A DNA stretch of 63,001 nucleotides, the filler included, from Collodictyon triciliatum (taxonomy: Eukaryota), in the NCBI GenBank assembly GCA_043381765.1. It is 5 parts of 5 records of this genome, joined end to end, with 100 filler letters (N's around TTAATTAATTAA, not from the genome) between each part and the next. Parts side by side here need not be neighbours in the genome. Positions count along the whole stretch, not along the records: positions 30,536 to 45,696 come from JBHJMP010001709.1; positions 45,797 to 60,930 come from JBHJMP010001710.1; 3 more parts are not named here. One strand, 5' to 3'. How positions within the stretch are numbered: the first letter of the stretch is position 1; the number at the start of each line of letters is the position of its first letter. The position numbers and the translations under genes are program-made. The notes beneath the pieces are model-generated. The model worked only from the letters and a program-made list of their open reading frames with translations, did not search any database and had not been told where the DNA came from. This document shows, in pieces, positions 43,740 through 56,755 of this stretch.

Positions 43740-45251
43740 ATGGCCTCAAACCAACCCCACACCGCCCAGGCCAGTCCCACGAACAGGAAGCAAAAGTCCA
43801 TCGCCAGCGCGTGCGTCGGGTCGGAGTCTGTGGGTGCCACAAAGCGGTGAGTCAAGTCTCCTTTGTTGCCATGCTGCTTGGCTGTGTGATATGCATTGGG
43901 TGAAGGGGGCTGCCTATCGTATTCGATGCTGCTTTCTTATTCCTATGTCTATGTACTTCCACGGTGAGCGTATTAGTGTTTACGGTGCTGGAGATATAAT
44001 CCGAGTGTGAATTGACGGCAAGCTACTATGTTCTTGATTCAATATTTTGTCCTCCTTTTTTTATAGTAATAATGATAATAATGATATAGCCTTCGGAGTG
44101 AACATATGGCTTTGATGGTGAGTATAAACTTTGATGATGAATACAACCGTCTTTTTATATTGGTTATTGGAAGAGAAACAAATAGAGATAAAGAGAGAGA
44201 TAGTAAGAATGCTCACACATTAGATATCATTTTAGTTCGACTTGATAAACATAGAAGACTGTCGTAACAGTCACAACAGGAAATTATGAATATAATGAGG
44301 GAAACCACGTGTAATTTAGTGACGCGATACTCTCCTTTGCTATGATATTGCGTTCACACGTTGTTTCTTCTGAAAGGCTCTTGCTAATTGTGATCATCGG
44401 ATTCTAACAGATATCTAACACATCTGGTATATCAGCCTTTCCAAGTGAAAGTAATATTCATGAATGGGCAGCAACCATCGCTGGCAGAGAGGGAACGGTA
44501 AACAATATCATTTAAATATTTTTTAAACGATTGTGCATGTGTGCATTTTCACAGTGTACCGATGACGCTTGCCAATCTGACCTCATTACAAAATCATCTC
44601 CACTATTGTAACTCAACACGCCATAATTGAGTCTAGCTAGTTGATTATGGATGCTTTCACTATAAGCAGCTATCTATACTCGCCACTAATATGCATATTT
44701 CCTTTGATATTCCAGGACAAAAGAAAGCCTTTTCTCAGTCATGCACCTTATTTTGATGATGACACCCTAATATACGATTTTCTCTGTCCTCACAAAAGGC
44801 TTACGAGGGTTTCGAATACAAGTTGAAAATCTCGTTTCCTCAGACCTATCCTCATCATGCGCCTGTCGTCAAGTTTGCCACACCTGTCTGCCTCCCACAT
44901 GTCGACACCTCTGGGGACGTTTGCCTCGACATCTTAAAGGTCGGTGCACCATACCCGCTCCTCTTTGTTCTATACCTACCACAACCCTGGATGCAAGTCG
45001 ATTCGAGCCGCTCATCGCTGCGGCAAGTAGAGATGATTAAGTGCTCTGGGAGAGCAAGACGCGGAGTCTTGTGCCTGAAAGGTAATCTGAACGCCACGTA
45101 TTGTACTTTGCAGGAAAAGTGGTCGGCCATGTACGACCTTCGCTCAGTACTCGTGTCTTTACAAAGCGCGCTGGCCTTGTCCAGTCTAGACCCCCTCTTA
45201 AATCCACAAGCTGGCATGCCATCAGATGGTAGCGAGGCGCAGACTGCATAA
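43740..45251 (+). CDS. UBE2C: Ubiquitin-conjugating enzyme E2-C-like (UbcH10), 5+ exons
   Basis: N-terminal extension MASNQ.., then [72 protein letters not shown]. The last exon is uncertain. Confidence 0.85.
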
Positions 45252-45634
45252 CTGCAAAGAGCGCGAGCTAGCGACCGGCTGACCATACCAGAAGCTGCCA
45301 AGCTGCCGTGCCTTCCAAAGAGATATTGCACGATTCAATCTCCAGGAATCTGCCATAATGACCATCCCTGGTCTCTTCTTCCCGTGTACAGAAAACATCA
45401 CCCGCCTCGGCTAATAAACATTTCTGTTGAGCATGAAAGAATCGAACGTATATCTACGGATGAAACAGTCGGGATTTTTTACCGCGATCTTCTCGCAGGA
45501 CGATGCGAATTTGGCTTGGGATCAAACAGAGTCTTGCGCTTATGATTAAATAAAGAGATCAGGAATCCACACGATTTGATCAATGTTGTAAACACTTTTC
45601 TTACTGTGCTTTATTGTTGTTATTGTTGTTGTTG

Positions 45635-45696
<62 letters not shown>

Positions 45697-45796
45697 NNNN
45701 NNNNNNNNNNNNNNNNNNNNNNNNNNNNNNNNNNNNNNNNTTAATTAATTAANNNNNNNNNNNNNNNNNNNNNNNNNNNNNNNNNNNNNNNNNNNN
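45697..45796. other. Artificial contig linker
   Basis: N run with TTAATTAATTAA. Confidence 0.98.
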
Positions 45797-45843
<47 letters not shown>

Positions 45844-46353
45844 CAAAACAAAGGTAGAAAATCAAACCGATTCTTGGCCAGCAGTTCCCCATCAGAAGGA
45901 CGTCGCTTGGCCTTGTCTGAAGCAGGGAGCAACATGCATGAAGCAAGGTTGAGGAGGAAGTAAACATGGCGAGTGGGCGGCACTCTGATCGTTTGTCCCA
46001 GGAACGTTTATTTGCGTTGGTTCCAATGTGTGTCGTGCCAAAGGATATATACGAACCAGAAATCACGGCCACTAATACAAAAGCGCTACTCCTGTCATTG
46101 CGAGAATCCGAGTGCAAAGTGCATCGCTCAAAGCCCATCGCGATGGCTATCACAACTAAGGCAATATGTACATACGCAGAGTGTATTCAATCACTTTTTT
46201 TTTTTTGACATCAACATCAGAATTCTGTAATGACGAGAGAAAGAGACTCAATAGGACAGGCGCAATCAAAATACTCGCCGGCTCGAAAGAACAGGTGGGG
46301 CTAGGATTCTTGGATGCAGATGTACGATTTTATGGTGGGCTTCTATCGCTTGT

Positions 46354-48415
46354 TTAATAGTTGATTCGGAGTGGGATTTTGATGAATGCAGTGCCGTTGG
46401 TCTCAGGGTCGGGCAGTTTGCCCCCGCGGAGATTCACTTGGATGGAAGGGTAAAGCAAACGCGGCACAGATAAGGTGCTGTCGCGCTTGGTTCGAACCTC
46501 CACAAACTTTTCCTTGGAGGCATTTGTGTTGAGGAAGATGTTATGTGCCTTCTCGTCATGAACGGATGTTTGCCACCTGGACAAGATGAAGGGTGAGTTG
46601 GCATAAACGCACGTTAATTCTAGTTTCAATCCTGTATCGTGTGTTCATTCGAATGTCTGTGCGAGAATAGCTTTCATATGTTACTTCGTAGATTAAAGGA
46701 GAGAACATGTACAAAGTACAACAAATTGATATCGTAAATGCTGTATTTATATGGATTACTTGAATTCACGTCCTCCAGGGGCGTAGTCGTGACCGACATA
46801 CACGTGAACTGAGCCAGGAAGTTTAAAGAGTTTCTGAATGGATTCGTACAATTGCTCGGAGCTTCCTTCGGGGAAATCACACCGAGCAGTTCCTTTCGTT
46901 GAGAAAAATGCGTATAGACTCCAATTAGTTTTTGCTTAGATCGAGCGTGTGGTATTGACAACTTGGCATACAAAACGTGAAACATTCAGGTAATGGGCAC
47001 AAGAAAAATTAGCGAGTCCATCAGCTTCATTGTGCGTTTGATGGGGAGAACATTTATTTCGGCCTTTTTTTTTTCTTTTTTTGTTACATTTACCTTGGTC
47101 AGGCATAAAGATTGTGTCTCCGACAAAGACAGAGTCATCTTCGATGTAGTAACATACACAGGCTGGTGTGTGGCCAGGGGTATGAAGAACTTTCACTGTG
47201 AGATTTCCAATGTCAAACTGGTCTTCATCCTTGAAAAGAACATCAAAATCCTGATATTTACGATAACCATTAACATTACAAGGTATTTTGGAGAAAAATA
47301 GATACACTACGTGCGCATTCGTCTTATGACAAGTAATTTTCGGAGCAGTATCAAAAGGGCAAGTCTGCGGTATAGGTATTCATAACTAATATATATCCTA
47401 GTAACAAGAACGAATGGTACTCACATTTTCAGAGCAGTAACCCTCTGGAAAGTTAAACTTTGCTGAAAATATCTCCTGTATCTTTTTTACATGCTCACCG
47501 ATGCAGACTTTGGCATGTGAGTCGAGTTTCTTCTTGAGGTATTGTGCTGCAGTCAAATGGTCTAGTGTGCATTTTTTTTAAATATATATATATGTATTTT
47601 TCTTAAGTTCAGTGATATTTTAAAAAGAGGCATCTGACTGTTAAGATATAAACAATAAACAAGGGAATACGTAATCTTATCAAGACTGATTAATAACCAA
47701 TAAATAGCAAGAGGAGGAGCAAAAAGGATAAAACGTGTACCAGCGTGAACGTGAGTCTCGAGGATGTAGTCAACGTGCAATTGATGTTGCTTCACAAAGG
47801 CAAGCACAAGATCAGCGTTTGTGGACCTATTTGTAAGTCGTGTATGCGATCAGAATATAGATTTGAGTCCCGCGATTTAAAAGAAAGAAATCCAAGAGGA
47901 AAATATTGACCTTGGAAAACAATAAATATTTTGAACGAAGAGACGAGTGAAAAGGACAATATTAGTAGAAATAGGGGTTTTTTTTTTGTATATTTCATGC
48001 ATATTCATTCAGATGTTTATTACTTACGAAATAACCCCACTGCTGAAGTCAAAGTCCAAAACAGAGTCGATGATGGCCGCACGCCGGGTAACAGGGCACC
48101 AAACAACAAAGGTCGCAGTATTGGTATCTTTGCTATCGAAAAAAGTACGCACCTAATTGAAAGCAGAAAATATATAAAAATGTGTTTTGTAGTTGTAATA
48201 CACAAAAGCTGTAAGGTATTTACATGATTCCGGTTCACTATTTATCACAAGAGTTTCAAACCCCAATAACAGGAAGTGCTCAATGAACATAAAAGCTACT
48301 CGTTTGATTTTGAGGAGAAAAAAAGAATAAGAGAAAAGAGAATGGCCCCATGTCTTACATTCGCTTTTGTTGGGTGGTGGACTTCGACGTGGCTTCCGTG
48401 ATGACTGTGGCTCAT
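46354..48415 (-). CDS. Persulfide dioxygenase (ETHE1/Blh-like MBL-fold hydrolase), ~7 exons
   Basis: Spliced translation AAIIDSVLDFD, ILETHVHADH, HTPGHTPAC, FVGDTIFMPDQGTARCDFP, GHDY, LLYPSIQVNLRGGKLPDPETNG..KIPL. Confidence 0.9.
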
Positions 48416-49866
48416 TCTCGTTGGTTCTCGATCTCTTTTCCTTTATTTTAATTTCCCTCTCTTGTTAAGAGATTGGTTGGGTTTAAGCTCTATCAGTTCG
48501 TTTGCTTGGTCAAGTTGTTTATTTTTTACAAAAAAAAAAAAAAAAAAAAAAAAAAAGGAAAAAGGAGACATAGAAAGCGTGGACTTCTTTTTGTTTTGTT
48601 CTAGTTAGTTTGCTACAGGCAGATTATTAGTATGCCACATGAGGCAGCAACGAATTAGGAGCGAGTAGTGACGCGATAATGACAAAGCATGAATGGCGTC
48701 TTTCTAGCGTGTTTGGTCGTGTCTTTGCCAAAGCATTTATTGCCTCTTTTTTTTATCGAGAAGTGAGAAAAAAATAAAAGTTAAAAAAAAAAACACACAC
48801 ACACACTTCTCACGCTGAAGCCAAATGACAGAGGTTGAAAAACAACATAAGAAGCTGATGGGAGTGCCATAAAGTGGTGTGATTCTGCCATCTGTTAAAA
48901 AAAAGTGACACTCGACTTGTCGCTTTTCCCGCGTCGGTGCGCCAATGGAGCCGGAGGATTTCCTTCTGCGTGGCTTTGTGTTTTCCCACGCTGTGACAAT
49001 GCGTGTGGCTCTTAAAAGCGCATCCCAATGACGCAAGACGCTTTGCTTTTATTTGTGACGCTTCGATATTTTGATATCCAAATATGTATAAATTGACAAT
49101 ATATTCTATTTGATTATCTTAGTCTAGTAATACTTCTGTACTCTGGGCAAATTAGCCGAAGTCGGGCACAAGATGTCATCCCTCGCCGATATTGATACAA
49201 TTAGCCGAATTTAAATATTACTACATGATATATGTATTTTTAAATATATTTTCAGATACATCAAATGTTTTGTACTCAAATTTAGCATAAAATAAGTCTT
49301 ATATTATAAATTCCGTATCAAGTATGAATACGCGGAATGAAGTACAGAAGCGGACTTTGGCTGTTTCGTTCGCGGGCTGCACAAGTTTGCTCTTTATCGT
49401 TTGGCTTTATCTTAATTTATCTGTGACAAGAAATCATCTAGACAGAAAAAAAGCAGTTGTTTCAGGAAATGAGATGCGGCCGCCAATCACCCCTTCTGAC
49501 GCCAACCACCCCAACGCAGTGATGTGTTTCTTAATTGTCTGTGTACAATAAAGCGCGGTGGGAAATGGTGTGACTATTTGAAACGAAATTCTGAAAACAA
49601 ATGTTTGGTGAGAAAATGAGAGCGCGTTGCCACTATCCCCAATCATATCTCAAACTTGTTACCTCGTCATGTGTTGCCACCAGCATGTATATCTTATCGA
49701 CTGAACTGTGCGAGCAGAATACCCACTCTAGCAGCATACTGAAGATACCTTTCTAGGATTACATTATCGCAATTTTAAGGGAAATTCAAACAAAAACCTT
49801 TCAATCTTAGAATATGTAAATAGAACTATGAGAATTGATTTTGTTATCGGATATGAATTGGATGAA

Positions 49867-50928
49867 TTAGAGTGAAACTTTTCCATCTGCCTGCGCATAT
49901 TCCTGAAGTATTCTTGTATTGACCAATAGTAATTCACTATCGCTTAGCTTTGCAATCAAAGATGTAACAATAGGTCTTGATGCCCATGTGCATACAATAA
50001 AGTCAAAGTGCTCATCCCTTTCCAATAAACGAAGAATTCGGGCTGGATTCAAGTAAGTATTTTCTTGTGAGAGTTCTTCAGCCACAAATCCTCCAAATAA
50101 AGTACTAGGCCATGTGTGTATATATTGTATGGAATCCTGCTCAAAGCCATGCGCTAAGTTCTGAAACGTAACATTTGTTCTACTTTTATAACCTCGATAG
50201 TTGAAGAAGTCGAGTGTGATTCCTATTCCCGACTTTGCTGATGTGCCAGTTGACAATGCCATCTTGTTCATGTGTTTAGGGTCTGGTTCATTAGCCTTCG
50301 CGACTTCCTTATCTTGCATAATATTGCAACCATCGATGACACTCATTCCAGAAACCATTTGTTTCCTCTTCTTCTTAAACGCACGCTCATTAGGGTAGTA
50401 AAGTTTGGCCTCGGCAGCGCTTGTTTTCAATGAATCAAGATACTGCAGTGATTTTAAATCAGCCCTCCAAAGCCATCTGTAATCGAACGACTTGGATGCA
50501 GGATTGGTCAAAATAACTGGTTGATATCCATCAGCGCACAACTTTGATTGTAACCATGAACCAGACGCCGAATTAACAAAATCACAAGCCAAGCTTACAT
50601 GTCCTTGCTCCAACAGCGATATCCCCGATAATGATAGGTCACGACAATATTCTTTTACATGCATGGCGAGAGCTTCCCAATTGCTAATTTGGATTGCATA
50701 AGGTTCGTGTTGTAGTTTTTCAAAAATATAGACCTGGTCGATGTCCCCAGGTCGACCTTTTTCGATCAGCCATTTTTTGCATGCAGACAAAATTGTAGGT
50801 ATCGGGACTAGAGAGAACAAAGGAAGTGGCGGTTTCGACTGTATCACAAGTGAAATTATATCCCTTTTTCCTGAAACACCTGCGATCTTTTCCACCGCCT
50901 CAGTATCTGCACTTTTTTTCTCATGTCC
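49867..50928 (-). CDS. Hypothetical protein, large terminal exon (~350 aa); upstream exons probably extend towards ~52000
   Basis: 342-aa stop-free ORF in AT-rich DNA, with an in-frame acceptor ttatag near 50930. No family recognised. Confidence 0.7.
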   Translation of the reverse strand, partial: GHEKKSADTEAVEKIAGVSGKRDIISLVIQSKPPLPLFSLVPIPTILSACKKWLIEKGRPGDIDQVYIFEKLQHEPYAIQISNWEALAMHVKEYCRDLSLSGISLLEQGHVSLACDFVNSASGSWLQSKLCADGYQPVILTNPASKSFDYRWLWRADLKSLQYLDSLKTSAAEAKLYYPNERAFKKKRKQMVSGMSVIDGCNIMQDKEVAKANEPDPKHMNKMALSTGTSAKSGIGITLDFFNYRGYKSRTNVTFQNLAHGFEQDSIQYIHTWPSTLFGGFVAEELSQENTYLNPARILRLLERDEHFDFIVCTWASRPIVTSLIAKLSDSELLLVNTRILQEYAQADGKVSL

Positions 50929-52748
50929 TATAAACTTATTAAGATTAGATATCTACATATTGGAGGGGTGGATGACACAAAGTTTAACAAAGCTTGGGTG
51001 GAGGCCAACAGAATTTCATATTTTGAAACAATGACGATAATGATAGTAATAATGACATAATTGATTAATCAATTAATAAAGCATATTTTGTTAGATCAAG
51101 ATTTTGAATCAGAGAGCCCAGGGCAGTGGATGTGTAAGAGACCCGAATCAAAACAACGTTATGATCGAATCAAAGGAAATTACTTTTTATCACAGAAATA
51201 GTACTAGCTGCTGGTGAATCAGACCCACTTTGCATCTTTTCCCTATAAATAATTGCCCTTAGGCATTAGAACATTACATATGTCAATCTTCTGGGTGACG
51301 AGAATGAGGTACATAATCTCTCTCTTTTTTTTAATCTCTAAACTTTTTCTTCGGGAATTTCCATTGAAATGATTGACTCGTGGGGTTCAATTTTTCTTTT
51401 ATATAAAAACAAAACAAAACAAAACTAAACTAAAACAAAAAAAAATGATGCATTTTGTTGGTATATGTAGCAATTGGAGTATTGGTGCTAATGCATGTGA
51501 AAACTGTGTCTCTTAACTATTTACTATACATGCTACTACACGGCTCATCCCATGGTGGGGACTCGGTAAAGAGTTTGTGGTGATAGTACCGAATGAGATG
51601 TTCTTGTCTGTCCCAATTAACTCTTTTCTCTCGACTTTAAAAAAATACACATATATAGGTCAAATCCAATTGATATACCAATCATTCTGAATTCTGATAC
51701 ACAAGGCGGCTATCAAGGATTGTATGACGTTGTTCAAATCCCTAAGAAACATTGTTTCTTTTTGCTTGTCAATGTTTCCCTTGTGGCATGTAATGATCAT
51801 TCTAGAGTAGCTGCTGTTTTTTTCCCTTTACACCCCTTGGTACTCCGTTTTTTTGTGCACGTTCGTTAATACGATGTCTGGTAGTCATATTGAAAGCAGA
51901 CTGTTTTACCATAGTCTCTTTTTGGTTTATGCGTATTACAAACGAAACCGAACATGAAGTCCCGATTCATACGAATCATTTTCCGATAGGGAGGAGTTTG
52001 TTCGTTTCCTTTGCGTGAGTATGCACATAATTCACTATTTATTCATTTTTTTTGAAATGAAACCAAACATTAACAAAAATAAAATAACAGCAGAGTTTTG
52101 TTTCGAGTAAATGTTTGACTATATAAAACTAGCGCAATCAGCCCTCTTCAATTGTTTTTTCTTTTGTTAAGAAATATACCACTGGTCTGATATATAGCCG
52201 TTGTCTACCTGATTGATTGCACGTAGCAACACGACGTCTTCCAAAAATAAACCTCGAAGGAAAGTTAAAGTTGTGAATTCTTGTGTAAAAGCACCGTCTG
52301 TTCTCCGTTAGTCTTCGTGTGCGTCAAAGTCTGGCAATATAGCAACACGCCAACAACTCCAGCCAAGGTTAAATTATCATGCTCTTTTGATTCGTGAAAA
52401 AAACCGAAAAAAAGAAGTCATTCGTCCTTGCCTGTTCTGTGCCAACCACAGGCAAGAGCAACTCGCAAAGCAAAACAAACAAGGATGTGAGACTGAAGGG
52501 CGTCTGTATCACTCCTGAAAAAAAAATCACTTTCTTTTTTTCTCTCCCTCTCTTCGCAAAACTTCCCAGATACGAGGCGTGTAAGCCGCGCTATGAAAGC
52601 TTGCTGGCTGCGATTGTTCGACTTGAATTAACTTTGTCGTTTGTCTGAAATCAAGACCAAGACAAGTCCAATAAAGTGTCTGTCAAATCTAGACCAAACC
52701 AAGCGACGCAGCACCACTTGTTTCCACCCCAATTCCCCAAATATACCT

Positions 52749-53312
52749 ATGGTGGAAGCAAAAACTGACACCATCTTGGCACAACCCGAGCACTTGCGGT
52801 ATGTGTCGCGTCCCCGTATCTCCGAACATAAGGAAACAAAGACAGACGACCGATTTGGACGGAAGAACGTAGGACTTTAGACTTTGACTTATTTGGAATC
52901 GTGGTGATTTATTTCTTCCGTTTTTTTTTTCTCTGTATTTTTTTAAGGGCATCAGATCGCTCCACCGAATCAGCACCCCGGGCCAAACCGCAGAAGGAGC
53001 CTCGACTATTTGCAAGGAAAGCACAAGCAGCCTCAACTTGGAAGCCCATGGAAAAGGACTCACCTTCAACCTCCTCGGCCAAGGTTGGTTTATGAATCGA
53101 TAATGGTCACTTTGAGTCCTTTCATAATGCAACTGGTCAGTTTGCACCGCTTTCCATTTGCTTTCCATTTACTTTTCTCTTTAGCTTCTTTTTTTCTTTT
53201 CTTTTCTTTTCTTTTCTTCAGCTTCTCTTTTCTTTTCATTTCATTTCTTTTTCTTTTCTTTACATTTCTTTTTATTTTCTTTTCTTTTTCTTTTCTTTTT
53301 ATTTTCTTTTCA

Positions 53313-53343
<31 letters not shown>

Positions 53344-55395
53344 CTTTTCTTTTCTTTTCTTTTCTTTTCTTTTCTTCAGCTTCCTCTCTTTTCTTTTTTC
53401 TTTTCTTCTCTTTTCTTTTTCTTTTCTTCTTTTATTTCTTCTTTTATTTCTTCTTTTATTTCTTTTCTTTGCGGATTTCTTCGTTCAGTTACAAAGCAGC
53501 TGAATGCATACTGCTTCTAGCTCCCAGCCACGACCTCTCCAGGCTCCAGACACAGCTCTCTTGCACAAGCATTATCTGTCATTGCTGGTCCGCCTTTGGA
53601 TTACTCTTTCAAGGATTTAAAAACGTTTGAAGGTTTGTGTCACTTTGTCACGAGAATGGCATTGAAGGGAACATCCCTCTTTTATTTTTGAAAACATTGA
53701 TGAGGTATACCGTTTTTCACACTTTCGAGGTACTATTCAAACTCCGTAATCCAACTTTGCTCTTGATGCTTGAGTTTAGATTATTCATTTATTGTTATTG
53801 TCGCTATTCAACACTCCAGCTATTATCGATGAAGAGCCCAATAGTGGAACCAGAAAACCTCGCTCGCTTGCGTCAGATGCTACCGGTGAATCAAAGGCGG
53901 CTTCAAAATCTACAGGGTCGGGTGATCCCAAAGCTGGGTCAAACTCGGCAACCAACTCATCACAACACAACCAAGCGCAATTGCACTCACAAAAGCAATC
54001 ACCTACCGAAGGTGAAATTCGACTTGTAAAACTACTTTCATTCTTAGTCTTCATTCATGCATCACATTGCGATGAGCTGCAAGTTATTTTTCTTTATTGT
54101 TTATGATCTTAAAATAGCTAATTTAGCGTAAAATATATGATCAATATCTAAGTGACTTCAAAAGAATTTTATAAGGGGTGCAAATAAAAAACACATCTAT
54201 TTCAAACACGCATATCAAATTATCTATTGAGACCAATATCATACAGGTACAAAGGCTCACACTAAGGATATCTCGCCATCAAAAAAGGTACACCATAATT
54301 TTCATTATGCGCGTATAATTTTTTTCTTCATTGTCATCGTTGTGGCAGGTACTCATGCAAATCGAATGTAGCACTCTGCTTCACCAAAGGTGGTGGTTAA
54401 TTCTGTCAGGCTGAACAATAATCAGTTGCAACCGTGGACAGGATTGATTGTAATCTAAGTTTTATATACTTGACGTGAATGCTATTTTGATGAAATCATC
54501 ATTGTTGAACTTATCCCACACATACCTCGGCATATTTTCTATGACTGATAGATTTATGAAATTCTTATAAGCATCGCTATTAGAACATTTATCACACACA
54601 TATTTTCATGAAACAGAAAGCTATGTCTGAAATTGTGGATAACCCACTTGTCAATTTGACTTGGCTTGACCTATCATTCAATAACTTTGTGGATATAGAC
54701 CCTGTACATATTCAAAATATCATTATTTGTCCTCCAAAATGTTACATACAAACTATGTGCTGATATTTTAATTCAATTTATTGATCTGATTTATTGTTGA
54801 AATTCATGAAAGTAACTGCCTTTCAGTCTTTACTAGAGTTAACCAATCTGAGAAACATTCACCTTCATTGCAACAAATTAGGCTCTTTTGCACAAGGTCT
54901 GTCATAAAACACATCGCGATTGCGTTTTATATACAACCATCGCTTATTCAAGATACTGTGTAAAAATGGCGTTTTATTTCCATTCCCTTTACACATTTTG
55001 ATCCACAAAAATGTAGTTGAAAAACTGGGTTCTCTTAATCAGCTCCATTCAATCACACTTCATGGGAATCCGCTTGAGCAAAACAAGCAATACAAAACAC
55101 TTGTCATCGCATACATCCCAACCCTCAAGCAACTGGATTTTACCCCAATTACAAGGTTTTCCCCTATTTAATTTATCATGTCGTTTGCTAATATTTTTCA
55201 TTTATCCAATTATAAGGGAAAAGGGGTATCGTTGGAATAATATTTAGAAATCACTTTTCCAAATAATAGTAGTGAAAGTTAACTAACTTCCCTCGATCTA
55301 TTCCAAGGTTGGACCGGGATGCATCAGCAACTTGGATGGCCATGCACAAAAAGAAGAAAAGTTCAGATTCTTCCATGCAATACGAGGATTCATAA
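52749..55395 (+). CDS. LRRC51: Leucine-rich repeat-containing protein 51-like
   Basis: Spliced PPLDYSFKDLKTFE-AIIDEEP, SVRLNNN, LTWLDLSFN, IHLHCN, ITLHGNPLEQNKQYK..LKQLDFTPITRLDR; TAA at 55393-55395. Confidence 0.85.
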
Positions 55396-56645
55396 CACGA
55401 ACTGTAATGAAAAGGATTGTGGAGCCTCTTCTGAACCTGCTCGATAGATTGACGATTGTTTGGGATGAACAGTTTCATAAACAGAAAACAGCCGAAACGG
55501 AGCGAAGCAAGTTGGTTCCAAAATTATGGTACTAGAGAGTATGTATCGTACTTTAAGCATGACACTATTGTTGTTTGGGATAGAGGTCTCATCGGCATAT
55601 GTGGAATAATCTAATATGGAAGACAAGTTTTGAGCTTAAAACGGGAGAAAATTCAGAATCAGTCTCAAGCTTCCTGAAGAGGAAAACTGGCGCTTGATAC
55701 TTCCTCATCAAGAACAACGAACTAATTTACTTTTTGGGCTCTTTTGTTCGGAAGGGAATATTATATTTGGAAAAGGATTGTTGATTGTTTCGCTATAGAA
55801 TTCCGAACTGACCAAAATTGATCTAAATGGGGAAAGTCTAATGACGGAAGACAACTTCCAAATTAGAATATATTCCAGATATAATTAATCGACAGCATAT
55901 TTCTCTACGGGGTAATGAGGTTGAAGCAAATCAGAAATATGGCGAAAATCGTTTGATTGTGTGTGATGGGTGCAGACAAGTGATGAATTCCAAGAAGCAC
56001 AGGTCATTTACTATAGCTCACATCTGTGATGAATCGATGATGCCTGTATGAGGGACTGCGATGGCAAAGCACTTCACAGAAAACCGGGGGAATTCGGATA
56101 TGACACATGTATCCATATATAGAGCTAAGTTTCTGTCTTTTTTCGTGTCTTGGAAATAAGAGAGAAAGTCGCTTCTGTTGGTTTTCTGAGTGCGAGAAAA
56201 AATCCCTTCGTTTGCAAGAAAACGGGAAAAGAATATGTTTAATGAATAACTGTGTGGTGAAAATGCCCTTCGTTGTCCATTAACAAAGTCTGTGGTGGTT
56301 GAAAACATGAGAGAAAATGAAAATGTGGAGACCGCAACAACGAATCCGCAATCAGATGGAAATCTTTCGGTCGTAATCCACCAGACAAAGACAATATCTG
56401 AATAGTGAAGAAAAAAAAGTAAGCAGAGGGAAATGACTGATATGGGTTTATATAAGTTGGCCAAGCCCAGAGAACAAAGTTGAGTGTGAGTAGAATCAAT
56501 CTACCAGGATACCGGACAGACATAACTACCAATGCGAGACCAAGGCCCAGTAAAAACTGCCGTTCATGGCCTTTCTTGCCTGGCGGCGAGTGAGTCTTGC
56601 CTTGATTGGTCTAGTGCCGCTTTCTCAACCAATCACCAAAGACCA

Positions 56646-56755
56646 AACATCAAACATCAAACATCAAACACCAAACATCAAACATCAAACACCAAACATC
56701 AAACATCAAACACCAAACATCAAACATCAAACATCAAACATCAAACACCAAACAT
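56646..56755. repeat. 7-mer minisatellite (CAAACAT/CAAACAC)n
   Basis: Tandem 7-bp units. Confidence 0.9.

Noticed and set aside
55400-56600. Short ORFs downstream of LRRC51
   Set aside because: No recognisable homology or consistent splice structure.
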